Below, one piece after another: positions 52,091 to 64,000 of a stretch of 64,000 nucleotides of DNA. How positions within the stretch are numbered: the stretch's first letter is position 1; every line of letters starts with the position of its first letter. The position numbers and the translations under genes were made by a program. Location: contig NMRA01000132.1 in NCBI GenBank assembly GCA_002633005.1, positions 1 through 64,000 of the forward strand. Direction: 5' to 3'. The notes beneath the pieces were generated by a model. The model did not search any database. It had not been told where the DNA came from and saw only the letters and a program-made list of their open reading frames with translations. The stretch is from Phoronis australis (Eukaryota; Animalia; Phoronida).

Positions 52091-55000
52091 GGCGTTGCAC
52101 CAGTCATGACAGACAAGCATGAGTGGACTGCTCCACTGACAACTGCCAGCACTTTCAACTTGCATAGCAGGGAGTTACTAGAAGGTGCTGATGAAGACAA
52201 ATGAATTGAGAAGGGGTCATCTGACCATGATGCATTCAAAAGAACCCAACATTAGTGAAGATGCTTCGCCATCAACAGCAGGTACCTATTCTAGCTTTGG
52301 ATAATGGCACATTATAGCATTCTGTAATGTTAACAGCTACAGAAAGTGTATTGTTTTTACCAAGGTATCAGCAGCCAATTGCCATCTCACGTTAACATGG
52401 ATTTGATTTTATGTTGTAGAACAAGAGATGTGTTGGGAATTTTCAACCTGCTGATTCTTATGTACTCTGGCAAGCGTTTTGCTATTCTCAAGGCCTTGTG
52501 TACCGGCTTACCAGAATTCTGCTAGCTATCAAGGAACACAGCAGGCCAGTCCTGGAAGATGAAGCTGGCAATGCAAGGTAATTAATATAACTGCGCCAAA
52601 CATGCATTTTGGCTACTGGTGTGGCCACGACTCAGTTTTCAACAGGGGTTTAAAACTAAATTGTAAGTGGCCATTAGCGGGGTAGTGCTAAAATGAGTGA
52701 TAATTTAGGACTCTGCTAGAAACAAAGGGGCAAACACAAATTGAGATGAGAAGACGTGGGAAGGCCTTTTCTGCAATGAACAAGCCATGCCACGTCATGT
52801 TATGTCCCCAAGGCTACATCAGTGCAGCTTATGACAAAAAGACCACCTGCAATGCTTACAAGAAAGTTGAATTTGATTGTTCCTTGAATGGGAGATGATT
52901 TAAATAACCAAAAATTGTGACATATGAATTAAAAATGTCCGAGTGTGCTCCACATGTCTTGTGTGGGTGTGCATTGTGTGTTTATTTTCATCCATGCAAT
53001 GTTTCCTTGTCCATACCTATGTCGCATGATATCTCAAGAACAGTGCTGTAGTGGGGCGTAGGCGCACGTAGGCGCAGCCAACCACCTTTTGGCATTTGAA
53101 GGTAGCGCTTACGCACCGTACAGTGCTCAAGGTGATACGGTGGGCTTTTGGCACCTACTTACCACAAATTTTACCACTTCAGCACTGCTCAAGAAGGAAG
53201 TTTTGTTTGTATTTTGTGCTGAAGTTTAGATGACAGCCTTGACTTTGAATTCACGGTCACATTTAGAAAATCAAGATTTTACTTGGAAAACATTTGCCCA
53301 TGCAATTTTGTGTATTTACACAAAGGTGTAGGTGGCCTATCTCCAGGTGTTAGTCACATTTTGAAGGTCACAATATGCAATTACATAGCCCTGAATGCCG
53401 CATCTAACCCAGCAACCAACCAAGGGGTTACGTGTTGCCTAAGGTCACTGTAGCGTTTTCATTTCATTGACCTAATAGACATGAAAATACATCAGTTATT
53501 TTTGTGTTCACAAAGGTTGAGAGAGGCTTTCATTAAGATTGGTTTCAAAATCATTACCATTTAAAATTATGAAAGCCTTAAGTTTAAAACTATCACATCC
53601 TGATAGGCATAGCAGTGACACAGCTTTGAAAATTGGGTGGCCTTCGGTCCTGGGCGGCAGCCCCAGGTGCAGGCCTTCATCTAGGTGGCATCTAGGGTGT
53701 CCAACTACACAACCCGACGTAAATTTAGACACATTAGCTAGGTTGCCCTATTTAGCTTTTGGACGCCAAGTAAAGTGTACCATTTTTTAGCTAACAACAG
53801 CCCTGGAAGCTAAGTTGTCCTGGCCGAATAAGAAAGTTAAGACATGGTGTAAGATGGGATAGACTTTATTACAGACCACAGTAAAATTCCACACCATAAC
53901 AGCGATTTGACTTAAGGTCATAGAAATAGTCAAGAGTCATTGGTCATAGATGCCTTCATTAATTAGAAAACTAACTCATTTTGAACGCCCTATTCTTTGA
54001 ATCGTTTATGAACCACCTGCTAAATGCTAATATGTGGTGGGGAACAATTCAGCCACCCTGTGACAAATGCTGTTATTTGTATTGTTTTCTCTTCTTGAAA
54101 GGTGTGAAACTCTAATCACTTAATTAACTATATGTAGTATATTTTTATATTTTGAATAACGAAAACATGTTATCCAGTGTTTAAAACAACTTCGAAAAAG
54201 TTTCTAAAACACTGAAAGAGGTGCATAATGTACTAATTGTTTGNCACATTTAGAAAATCAAGATTTTACTTGGAAAACATTTGCCCATGCAATTTTGTGT
54301 ATTTACACAAAGGTGTAGGTCCAGGTGTTAGTCACATTTAGGAAGGTCACAATATGCAATTACATAGCCCTGAATGCCGCATCTAACCCAGCAACCAACC
54401 AAGGGGTTACGTGTTGCCTAAGGTCACTGTAGCATTTTCATTTCATTGACCTAATATACATGAAAATACATCAGTTATTTTTGTGTTCACAAAGGTTGAG
54501 AGAGGCTTTCATTAAGATTGGTTTCAAAATCATTACCATTTAAAATGATGAAAGCCTTTAAAACTATCACATCCTGATAGGCATAGCAGTGACACAGCTT
54601 TGAACATTGGGTGGCCTTCGGTCCTGGGCGGCAGCCCCAGGTGCAGGCCTTCATCTAGGTGGCATCTGGGGTGTCCAACTACACAACCCGACGTAAATTT
54701 AGACACATTAGGTAGGTTTCCCTATTTAGCTTTTGGACGCCCAAGTAAAGTGTACCATTTTTTTAGCTAACAACAGCCCTGGAAGCTAACTGTCCTGGCC
54801 GAATAAGAAAGTTAAGACATGGTGTAAGATGGGATAGACTTTATTACAGACCACAGTAACATTCCACACCATAACAGCGATTTGACTTAAGGTCATAGAA
54901 ATAGTCAAGAGTCATTGGTCATAGATGCCTTCATTAATTAGAAAACTAACTCATTTTGAACGCCCTATTCTTTAAATCGTTTATGAACCACCTGCTAAAT

Positions 55001-55527
55001 GCTAATATGTGGTGGGGAACAATTCAGCCACCCTGTGACAAATGCTGTTATTTGTATTGTTTTCTCTTCTTGAAAGGTGTGAAACTCTAATCACTTAATT
55101 AACTACATGTAGTATATTTTTATATTTTGAATAACGAAAACATGTTATCCAGTGTTTGAAACAACTTCGAAAAAGTTTCTAAAACACTGAAAGAGGTGCA
55201 TAATGTACTAATTGTTTGAAGAGTTTCATATGTTTCACACTCTTCATGTTTCAGGGTAAATCAATGCTGCTGCATTCATTTTCGTGTCTGGCACTGACAT
55301 TGAAACAATTGTTATTATTTCTAGGGGAGCAACTTATCTTCAACAAGAAGAGCAGGAGATGGTTGTCCATTCCGGTGAAGGCTTCTAAGAGCTATGACGA
55401 GCTGATGATTGTGAAAACCCGGTTAAAAGACATGTCTGACATGCACTGCTTCCATGAACATAAAAGCAAAATGACTCCCGCTTGTTGTCTGACAACATTG
55501 CCGTCTTCGAATGATTGCCATCAGTAG
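52091..55527 (+). pseudogene. Kolobok transposase C-terminal exons (~52091-52281, ~52420-52577, ~55325-55527)
   Basis: TDKHEW...DK*IEKGSSDHDAF; FNLLILMYSGKRFA...RPVLEDEAGNAR; FNKKSRRW.SIPVKASKSYD...KTRLKD. AG/GT splice sites flank the blocks. Confidence 0.7.
53041..53187. mobile_element. hAT-type MITE inside a Kolobok intron
   Basis: TIR CAGTGCTGTAGTGG / CCACTTCAGCACTG with a perfect 8-bp TSD CTCAAGAA; a related partial copy lies at ~38090-38210. Confidence 0.88.
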
Positions 55528-57019
55528 AAGTCAATGCGTCAAAGAAGCTGCCTGACAGAGGTTATTTAAGATGATATGGCAACTGGGTGTTATTCAGTTA
55601 TGTGCCCTAGTTTGTTGCAGAGGATCATCTGGTACTACAGTTTGGTTTATAGTCATGATACATCCAGTTATGCAGAAGTTAACATGTTCAGTCAGGCCAT
55701 CGACCTTCAAACTCTGCCATGGGCAGTTTGTGTAGTGTCAATTTGGAAACTGTCAAGGCTTGTAATTTTCCTCTTTTAAGAGGATTTACTCTCTTTTGGT
55801 TTCGATTTCCTCTTATTATATTTCCAATTTCCTCTTTATGTCTCTTTTTTTGATCATTATTTTGACTTCTATACCAAAAATCTCTATCAAAGACCCTAGT
55901 ATTAATTTGTGGAATGATACATCACCTGTCATTGATCAGTCCAAGCCCTGAACCTTAACTTTGTGCAAACAATTTCTTTATGGAGCGTTTGGTTTACAGA
56001 AACACTTTCTACATGGTGAGTAAGATACAACTGGTAATACCAGTTTAACTTGTATTACCATTGGATAGTTTTCTTGATTCTTAACTATTTTCTCAGCCAA
56101 ATGTGTAGTCAGTGGTTTGTCTTCAGGTGGGTCATAGAGAGGCGGATATTTGTACACAAGGGTCACCATAAAGCTTCTGTGTTACGTAAATTATATTTTT
56201 AGTGCTGTTTTACTGCTTAGGCAGTTCACATTCATATTAAAACCTGCATTTAGAAGTCTTGAATTTGAGAGTGATGGTGTTGAACATTATAATATATATT
56301 TTGAATGGCTATGCTGTTGGGTTAGAGGTTGTGCTTGTAAGTAAGGTGTGTTACATGAGTAGCAGATTACTCACGATTGGTCATTGCAAAAGCTATAGAA
56401 CTTTAAATCAGAAAATGTTGCAACTTCTGATTATGGGCCACTGCCAAACAACCAGGAGACTATGTCTATTGAAAGGATATCTTGTTTTGTTAATTTTGTC
56501 CAATCATCTTTCTGTCACCTGCTAATGCATCATTGGCGTTAATCAGGAACGACAAAAGCAGGAATCAACTAAAAACTCATACCCCTATCTCACAAATTAG
56601 ACATTATGTTCCTTGGTCGGTGGCCTTTCCCACAGTTGCATGCAATTTGCTAAAAGCGTACGTCATGCTTTTACTGTTTAGCAGACTTTGAAATTTTTTT
56701 TTGAAATTTTCCTCCAAGTTTTGAGGGTTTTCGATGGTTACAGAGCATTAATTTGTTGCAGAGAACTAGGTGGGAAGTCGATTTTAGTATTTTACATTAT
56801 TTTGAAAAGTTAATCCATTACTGGTTTTTCGAAATTGGGGCCGTTGCCCTACGTGACGGTAACTAATTTAAGAATGCTCTAGGTTCTTGTTGCAAGTCAA
56901 AATCCAAATGGACTTTCTATACTAGACTAAGAAATAAAAAGTTCACTCTTACAGTTGTGCTTTCATCTCACAAAGTAACAATTGTGCACAAGCAGGTTTC
57001 AGTGCTCAGCTACAATTTT

Positions 57020-57960
57020 TGTGTAGCCCGTATGTCCCAATAAAGTCTGTGAATATTTTTGTCCAAACACAACTGTGCAACTCTGTCCACATGTCTTCCA
57101 AGATGTCCATGTTGCCCCAAGATAAAGTTTCTGTATGCCTGATGTCAGTTAGATGCATTCTGATCAGTCTCTGGCTTCAGTGTCATCACATTTCGTTGCA
57201 GCTTGTCTAAGGCAAGTACACCTTCTCCAGGCAAAACACTTGGAAATCCTGAAAGCATTGGTAAAATACATTACCGTGCGGTTTCGCATTACTGTAGATT
57301 TGATTAGGAAATTTGTCTCTTGTAAATGAATTGTATACAACAGCAACTGGTTGATTGGGGTTGACATCCTACATTGGACAATCAAAACGTAAAGAATTAT
57401 TTTCATTATTGCAGACTGAACTCACCAATACTTTTGTAAATTGACATTTGGTTGGTTTTGGATGGGATTTGCTACTGAGATTTGATTTGAGTTCTTGGCC
57501 AAAGATTTGTTTTTTTTTTCAAAAAGTGATTTGAATTGTGTGGCTGTATATCTGTTTAAATAGCTAAAGTAGCTATAGGAGTCTTTGAGGTCCTGGTGAC
57601 ATTAATATGAATCACCTTAAAAATGAAAAAGAGCAGACCAAAAAAGTACCAAACAATTTTGTAAAACGTTTCCCATTGATATATGTAGTCTGTAGTCAAT
57701 ACTAAAAACTTTGTAGTGATTAAATTTTTAGACAACGGTTTAGTGAATACTTACAGGTAATAATGAAACGCAGTTAGCAGATTGCATCCCACAGCACACT
57801 TTTATTTCTGGTTGGCATTTCTTGACACCTGACACGGGCACCATGATGGAGCTTCTGATGGTGCTGGGCAATGATCCAGTGAAGTGACCTCTGGTAGCCT
57901 AAATTCTAGACGCAGGGGTCTTGCTTGGCGACATCCAACTTTAGGTCTCTCAATTCCTTC
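57020..57960 (-). pseudogene. KolX-like accessory gene (P2X7 C-terminal-like Cys-rich domain)
   Basis: PSWCPC/RCQEMPTR (~57800-57850); FQVFCLEKV (~57220); N*HQAYRNFILGQHGHLGRH..RVA (57080-57150), cf. RHAAYRQFILWQ.G.LG...RRV.PSC. Confidence 0.7.
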
Positions 57961-58153
57961 TTTTATCCATGCGACTGATTCGGCCCTAAAGTGAGAGTAA
58001 TTCAGTGACAACATTCACAGTAATGAGAACAATTTTTATAACTTTTGTTTGTATTGTTGTAGGATTTATTTGCTAACAAGTACAAAGACAACCACTGTAT
58101 GACTATCAGATTGGAAATCATCTACTGGTTTAGGATTGGGTTTTGGATTAATT

Positions 58154-58493
58154 CATAGGCGGATTTAGGGGGGACAGGGGCCTGGCCCCCCCCCCTTGGC
58201 TGCCGCAAAAGAAGCAAAACGGCAAGAGCGCGAGGAAATATTGAGTCCACTAATTATTCTCGGTACTTAACATGTGGCTGCGGGGGGGGGCTCGGACCCG
58301 ATCGTATCAGGGCACCTGCGTAAATGCCTTATCGCTTTTTTGTTTTTTTAGTCCACTGTTAGCTTTGTAGTGCGAGGACCAGAAATTTGAGCAACCCAAT
58401 TTTTCGGGCTGGGTCCTCGCATTCAATCGTAAACCACACATGCCCAAGACAAAATGTTGCCCCCCCCCTTATGGTATCCTCGATCCGCCAATG
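58154..58493. mobile_element. MITE
   Basis: TIR CATAGGCGGAT / ATCCGCCAATG with G/C runs; TAATT on both sides. Confidence 0.6.
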
Positions 58494-59685
58494 TAATTTG
58501 GAGATTTGGAGACGCAGCCAAGGAATCGTTTCCACCCCATGCACTAGGTCCAGAGCTCTATAATTGCAAACCCATGCAGTCTCAGGGACTGGAAATTTAA
58601 CATCACAGTGTCACGCAGGAAACTTATTTTTCGTAAGCAACTGATATCGTGCACTTCCGAGTTGTACATAATCTCCCAGAAAGAGGAAACGTTTACAACC
58701 AAGCTCGACGAAGTCATGAATCACTAAGACTCGATTGCAGGTTTAAAATTGAACACAACTCACGAGGCTGTAGCTTGTATGTTATGTAATATAGGCATAG
58801 ACAAGTACAAGCTGGCAAGAAGTCCCAAAACACCTAACTCACCTCGACCGCTTGTACTTGACATGTTTCTCTTCCGTCAGCTGATTCGTGTGCATTATGG
58901 GTAATCTCTCCACTGGCAACCCCGCATAAATAATGAGGTTTGGCTGAAGGTCCGCCCACTTTTTATGAATTTAAAAAATTAATAGTAAAATAACGAGAGT
59001 ATGTACATGGCTGTAATTTACGAAAAGAGTTAATTTTAGTGATATCTTTCGATTGGCAAAGCTCAATTTGTGATCTAAGCAGGTGAAAGTAAAGGAAATA
59101 GTGACTTTAAAAGGCCCTAAAACACTAAACTCAACAAAGGCATTATTCTCCGATAAAGGTCAAGATAGTAGAGCACATAATAGCACGAAATTAAACGGTC
59201 TACTTCAAAAAGATAACCTATATAGCGATATATGCCGTACTGTCTGTCTCTAATGCCACAAATTTATTTCTCCAATCAGCTTTCAATATATGTAGGCATA
59301 TTATACACATCTTAACAGATTGTCAAACGTTTTTGTTAACATATATAGCAATGACATAAGTTGAATTTCGTTGTAAATTACTGGAAAAGAATATGGTAGA
59401 CAGGTAAAAGGCACAAAGAATGCGCCAAGCAACTTGCATCCAAAGAAGCCTATATATATCGGAGAGAACACTAGTTTTGGCTTTTTCTTGAGGAATGAGT
59501 CATCTGCTTGAATAGTTCGAAGGTATTACCAACTATTGGTATAAACGAATGTTAAAACGGCTACAAAACCCACCTTCTTTTACAGAAAACAACTTTTGAT
59601 TTAGAAAACTTACCGCTATCGGTCACATGCTGTCACTTAGTGAAGATGGGTGTTATTTTTGGGCTTGCTCAAGACTTGGCCCTCC

Positions 59686-60057
59686 AGGTTGACTAGTCAT
59701 GCCAAGCGTGGTCTTGAGACCAGGCTCTGCAGGTTGACTAGTCATACCAAGTGTGGTCTTGAGACCAGGCTCTCCTTGTTGACTAGTCATGCCAAGCGTG
59801 GTCATGAGACCAGGCTCTCCATGTTGACTAGTCATGCCAAGCGTGGTCATGAGACCAGGCTCTCCATGTTGACTAGTCATGCCAAGCGTGATCATGAGAC
59901 CAGGCTCTGCAGGTTGACTAGTCATGCCAAGCGTGGTCATGAGACCAGGCTCTCCATGTTGGCTAGTCATGTCAAGCGTGGTCATGAGACCAGGCTCTGC
60001 AGGTTGACTAGTATGCCAAGCGTGGCTTTGAGATCAAGCTCTCCGGATTGACTAGTT
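59686..60057. repeat. Minisatellite, 42-bp unit, about 9 copies
   Basis: Unit GTTGACTAGTCATGCCAAGCGTGGTCATGAGACCAGGCTCTCCA-like. Confidence 0.95.
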
Positions 60058-60818
60058 GTTCCGAACATGGTCTGCAGCATTAACGAACTGTCACTTTTAT
60101 GTAAATCAAGAACCATTTCTTCTACTAAGAAACCAGCCGAGACAAATTTTACAGCTCGCGGCAAATGATGTAAATCAAAAATATAGTTTCTTCGACGGAA
60201 CTCGGTTTTATTGGCGCTTTAAGAACCTCTACGTGTGCATGCCCACAACGCGCCTTTCACCCTTAATCCTGGACAATATACGACTGTGACTATGATGAAA
60301 CTTCAAATAATCTAAATGATATAACAATTTGTTATAAATAGGTCTTCATGTACCCATAAAGAGTTTCAGAAAACAATATTCGTAACACAAATTCGCAAAC
60401 CACTTTTGAAACCAAAAATGCACTGTCTAGTGTCCAAAACTTTACCATACAATGTGCCAAAGTTTCTCCAGGTGACCGTTGTTCTTTTTTGAGTTACGGC
60501 ATGTTTACGCACGAAGCTCTAGCTAAAAGTCTCAATAATTTTCCTTGAAAAATAAAAAAGTGATTGGGAGGTTTTATTTTACTAAACATGTTAGTACACA
60601 CGACTGGATATTGCGGGGCTATTATGCACGGTTTCTCATCACTCGTTGCGTTACAGACCGTGCTAAGGGAAACAGGAGACCTACTGCGGTGTAATCTTTC
60701 CACGTTTATATTGTCATATCTTGTAGAGTACGAATCAAGTTGTTTACCAGTTCAAGGTGAACACTTCGATAATCGTGTGGTTTAAGTTCACGAGTTTAAA
60801 GTCGGATAAATTTTCCAG

Positions 60819-60879
60819 CTATCCTGTACATCATAGCGCAGTGTGGTGGCGCTTTGGCTGGTGCCGGTTTCATCTACGG
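60819..60879 (+). CDS. Aquaporin (MIP family) exon, TM3
   Basis: TTTTCCAG| ... |GTAAGT; reads (A)ILYIIAQCGGALAGAGFIY(G); its phase-2 end joins the next exon in frame. Confidence 0.88.
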
Positions 60880-62356
60880 GTAAGTCTCCATCAAGAGACA
60901 TTCTCTACTTACGGTTATGTAGGACTTAATTTGTATTCAATCAAGTATCTGCAACACTATAGGTTTTGACAGGGTAAAAGTATATATTTTTGGAAGTAGA
61001 AAGTCAGTCGAGCTTGATTTTTTATTCTGCCATTGATTGGCTGTATTTAGTAAAATTTTGCAAAAGAGGAAGATATATTGACAGCAAAACAAAGGTATCT
61101 ATAAACATGACCAAATCTTATTTAATACAAATATTTAAGATGAAATCTTAAAACACAATATTATGGTTTTCCACTAAATTTTCTTTTCGTTTTTAGCAAC
61201 TTTTGAGTTTTTCTCGCGAAAATCAAGATTTTAAAGTCCGATTTTTGATACCCCGCATACTCAAGTGAAACATTTTAAAGACAATACCTAGAGAACACTG
61301 CATGCAGCACAGAATTTTAAAGTTTTAAGTGAATCCGACCTCCCATCGCTGAAATATGATGTTCTGAATTTGGACAAATTTGAATTTTCTGTGGTAATCT
61401 TAAGAGGGCAGCAAAGCCGCGCCTTCTTTCTAAAACCAAAAACTTTTGATTTTAAGCCACTTGCTGTTGCAAAATCGGACTCCTCTTGTTCCTCATTCAT
61501 GTTGAAGATTATTTTTATGGTTTGGAAGGACTGAAAAGGTTGCTGTGTCGCACTAAACCCATTATTTTACTTGTCACGGCGGGTTTGTTTCAGTCGTCAA
61601 TGCATTATATGATGGCAGTCAATGACCAGGCGATAATTTCAAGTCGAGGGTGTTGCTTTGAAAATTACAGCAAATACTGTACGCCTGTAAAGAAAGTTGC
61701 TGGTAACGACAACACGGCCTGGGGTCTAATCTTTTTACTCGACAACATTTTTGCACTTGACGAACCCAGCATTAAAGCTCGAAATCTCGAGGTTTTACTC
61801 GAATTCTTGTGGTTTCAACCGCAATCGGAGCTCTATTGTCGGGAACATCAACTGCGAACTAGGATTGGTCACATATGTTCGCGTGAAGCATAACATAGGC
61901 TACTCGAGCCCAGAATAACAGACAATGTCGTCGGTACCAAATTAGAATGGAAAAAGACAGTGCCTTCGAGTTCGATTTCGAGTAAAAAGGTTAGTTCCTG
62001 AGCACAGAACTGGGTTTATAACGGGTTTAAATGGTACTGATATCACATTGTCTCATTGTGTGACTGGTTCGACAGCAATCATTTCGGCGCCCGAATCTTC
62101 AGTCGACACTTCAGCACAGATTCTTGTTCGAAGGTGTCGGGTGAATATACCATTATCGAACTACAAGTTCAGTGAAGCAAGTATATTGTACATCAGAAAT
62201 TTGGAGTTGCACGGCGGAAGAAATAATTCGTGATATGGAAAACTGCCCTAGCCGAAAGCCAAACGATTATCATGGTCGCCGTCAACGGCTTGTCGGCCTC
62301 ACGGCATGTTCGACATTGGCGCTGTAACCTCTGATGTTCTTATTTCTCTCTTTTAG

Positions 62357-62558
62357 CGTGACAGCTGAGGAAGCTCGTGGTAACTTATCCGCCACTACCG
62401 TTAGCCCTCTCATCACCCCCATCCAAGGATTCTTCGTCGAATTGTTTCTCACGTTCTTCTTGGTTTTCACCATAAGTGGCGCTACTGACGACAGAAGAAA
62501 TCCAGTAATGCCCTCTACTGCCGTCGGTATGGCTCTGATAACGAGCGTTCTGACTGGC
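62357..62558 (+). CDS. Aquaporin exon, loop C to TM5
   Basis: TTTTAG| ... |GTGAGT; VTAEEARGNLSATTVSPLITPIQGFFVELFLTFFLVFTISGATDDRR...AVGMALITSVLTG. Confidence 0.92.
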
Positions 62559-63286
62559 GTGAGTGTCATATATACTTACAATGAAAGCACCTCTTTCGTC
62601 TGAGATTTTTAAGAACGGTGGTGTTTGACGCTTACCACGACAATTGAGATTTATCTAAAAAAACAGCAACGAAATCTACCAAATGTATACCTACAATTTG
62701 CTAGGCTGAGACGTGATTTTCTGCAATTATCCCCCACGGAGCAGTCGTGTTGGCAGCTGGCCAAATGCTCTGCTGACGAGTTTAATCGCACTCCATGAAT
62801 CGCATAAACTTTTAAACGTATAAATTTAACTTATAACTAGAAGTTACTGACCTTGATTTCAGCGAATGTCTAAAAAAATCACAAAAACAGTGCATTTTCA
62901 TTATTGTTTTATAGCTCAAGTCAAAGCTAATAATTTCTATCCCATCCAGCATTAGTGCCAAAATGCGTTTTTCGTCAGTAAAATGATGACGTTTAGAAAA
63001 TGCCACAAAATAGTTACTTTTTGGAAATGTGTTGTCATAAATACTAAATTGTAGTTTTCTATACAACAATTTGACCCAGAGAATCCATTTCTGTTGATTG
63101 ACTATGCTATGGGTAACTTTGAAGCAATCACAACACAAAAAGAATTGAAACTCTATTTTATTTTTAAAGTGTTAACTCTACATCAGTCAACCAGTGTATG
63201 CCTTTGGAAATCCTGACTTATTCATACATGCCAATGTTTGGTATTTACTGTACTGCACAGATTGTATAAATGTAAAACTATTCCAG

Positions 63287-63367
63287 ATCGACTACACTGG
63301 AGCCAGTTTAAATCCAGCTCGTAGCCTTGGTCCTGCTGTCGTCATGGGGATATGGGACGACCATTGG
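63287..63367 (+). CDS. Aquaporin exon with second NPA motif
   Basis: TTCCAG| 81 bp |GTAACT; [27 protein letters not shown], the conserved 81-bp exon of AQP1/AQP4-type genes. Confidence 0.95.
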
Positions 63368-64000
63368 GTAACTACTCGATCTAGATTTCATTTAGGCTTG
63401 GTGTAATTTCACGAACTCCGTGGGATAAGCGCTTTCGCTGTTAACGTAAGAGAGCTTGTAGGGAACCTTTTCTATGCCTTAGTGGTGTTTGCTGATTTTT
63501 TTCTACAGATATCACCAGCTACAAGTACCAAGATTTGACCGTGGAACCCAACCAGCTCGCCCCGGCTAGTAGCAATAATAAAAAGTTTGGTGCGAATGCT
63601 TATAAAAAGCCATCTCAGTGAACCAAAAGGCAAATCCTCCGCGGCACTATACGCTGTTTACTTTTGGACAATAGAAAGAGCAACAGCGACAGAATCATAG
63701 AAAATTTAAATTATAAACATGTAGCTGTCAAGATATATTAGCAACTAGATACCGGCAAAATCATGAAACTGGTTAGGTTGCATCGAAGACCATGATTTGT
63801 AACTTTTGTCACCGTTCATTTCGTAGTACAATGTATGCCCCGTAGAATTATCTGACAGTCTTGGCAAACTCTGGGGTCGACTTGTCCCAATACAAATTTT
63901 GGAACTCGGAGAGTTCTCGTAGCCCCTCTACAATGATACCACAAATCGAGTTCTCATTTCAGTGCAGGGTACATGAAACTGACCAACACTATTAGGTCTA

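Larger units (their letters stand above)
50748..59106 (+). mobile_element. Kolobok DNA transposon, decayed
   Basis: TTAA TSD at 50744-50747 and 59107-59110. TIR AGGCACTATTTCC / GGAAATAGTGACT (12 of 13 match). Transposase exons on the plus strand and a KolX-like gene on the minus strand. Confidence 0.8.

Noticed and set aside
53258-55217. 1-kb tandem duplication within Kolobok
   Set aside because: The copies are joined at N 54244; probably a haplotype duplication.
59650-60051. Repeat-protein ORFs on both strands (LTSHAKRGHETRL...)
   Set aside because: The frames are open only because the 42-bp unit is a multiple of three and lacks stops. There is no splice or homology support.
1-64000. tRNA, rRNA or prokaryotic operons and defence systems
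   Set aside because: No cloverleaf or rRNA signatures were seen. Spliceosomal introns and metazoan TE families indicate animal nuclear DNA.

Overview
This is eukaryotic (invertebrate-like), AT-rich DNA made mostly of decayed and nested transposable elements. Most short ORFs in the supplied track are noise. 1-14.7 kb is a retroelement nest: a HERO/R2-type LINE RT fragment, a large Ty3/Gypsy element, a younger Mag-type Gypsy inserted in it (paired LTRs, 5-bp TSD) and a rearranged third Gypsy. 18234-24303 is the most striking feature: a nearly all-palindromic element with AGTAGT...ACTACT ends, a 6-bp TSD (CATGGC) and ~2.6-kb arms. It reads as a non-autonomous Polinton/Maverick derivative with a LINE fragment mirrored into both arms, and it splits an older LINE 3' end in frame. 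Further on are a Merlin transposase relic, two copies of a Helentron/HINE-like repeat carrying arrays of CTCF-like motifs, hAT-like and other MITEs, a minus-strand Gypsy, a DIRS/Ngaro fragment and a Kolobok element (TTAA TSD, spliced transposase, antisense KolX). The only clear host gene is an aquaporin, seen as three exons at 60.8-63.4 kb. Six single-N joins are present; four have duplicated flanks and are probably assembly artefacts. Family calls rest on remembered motifs, not database searches.
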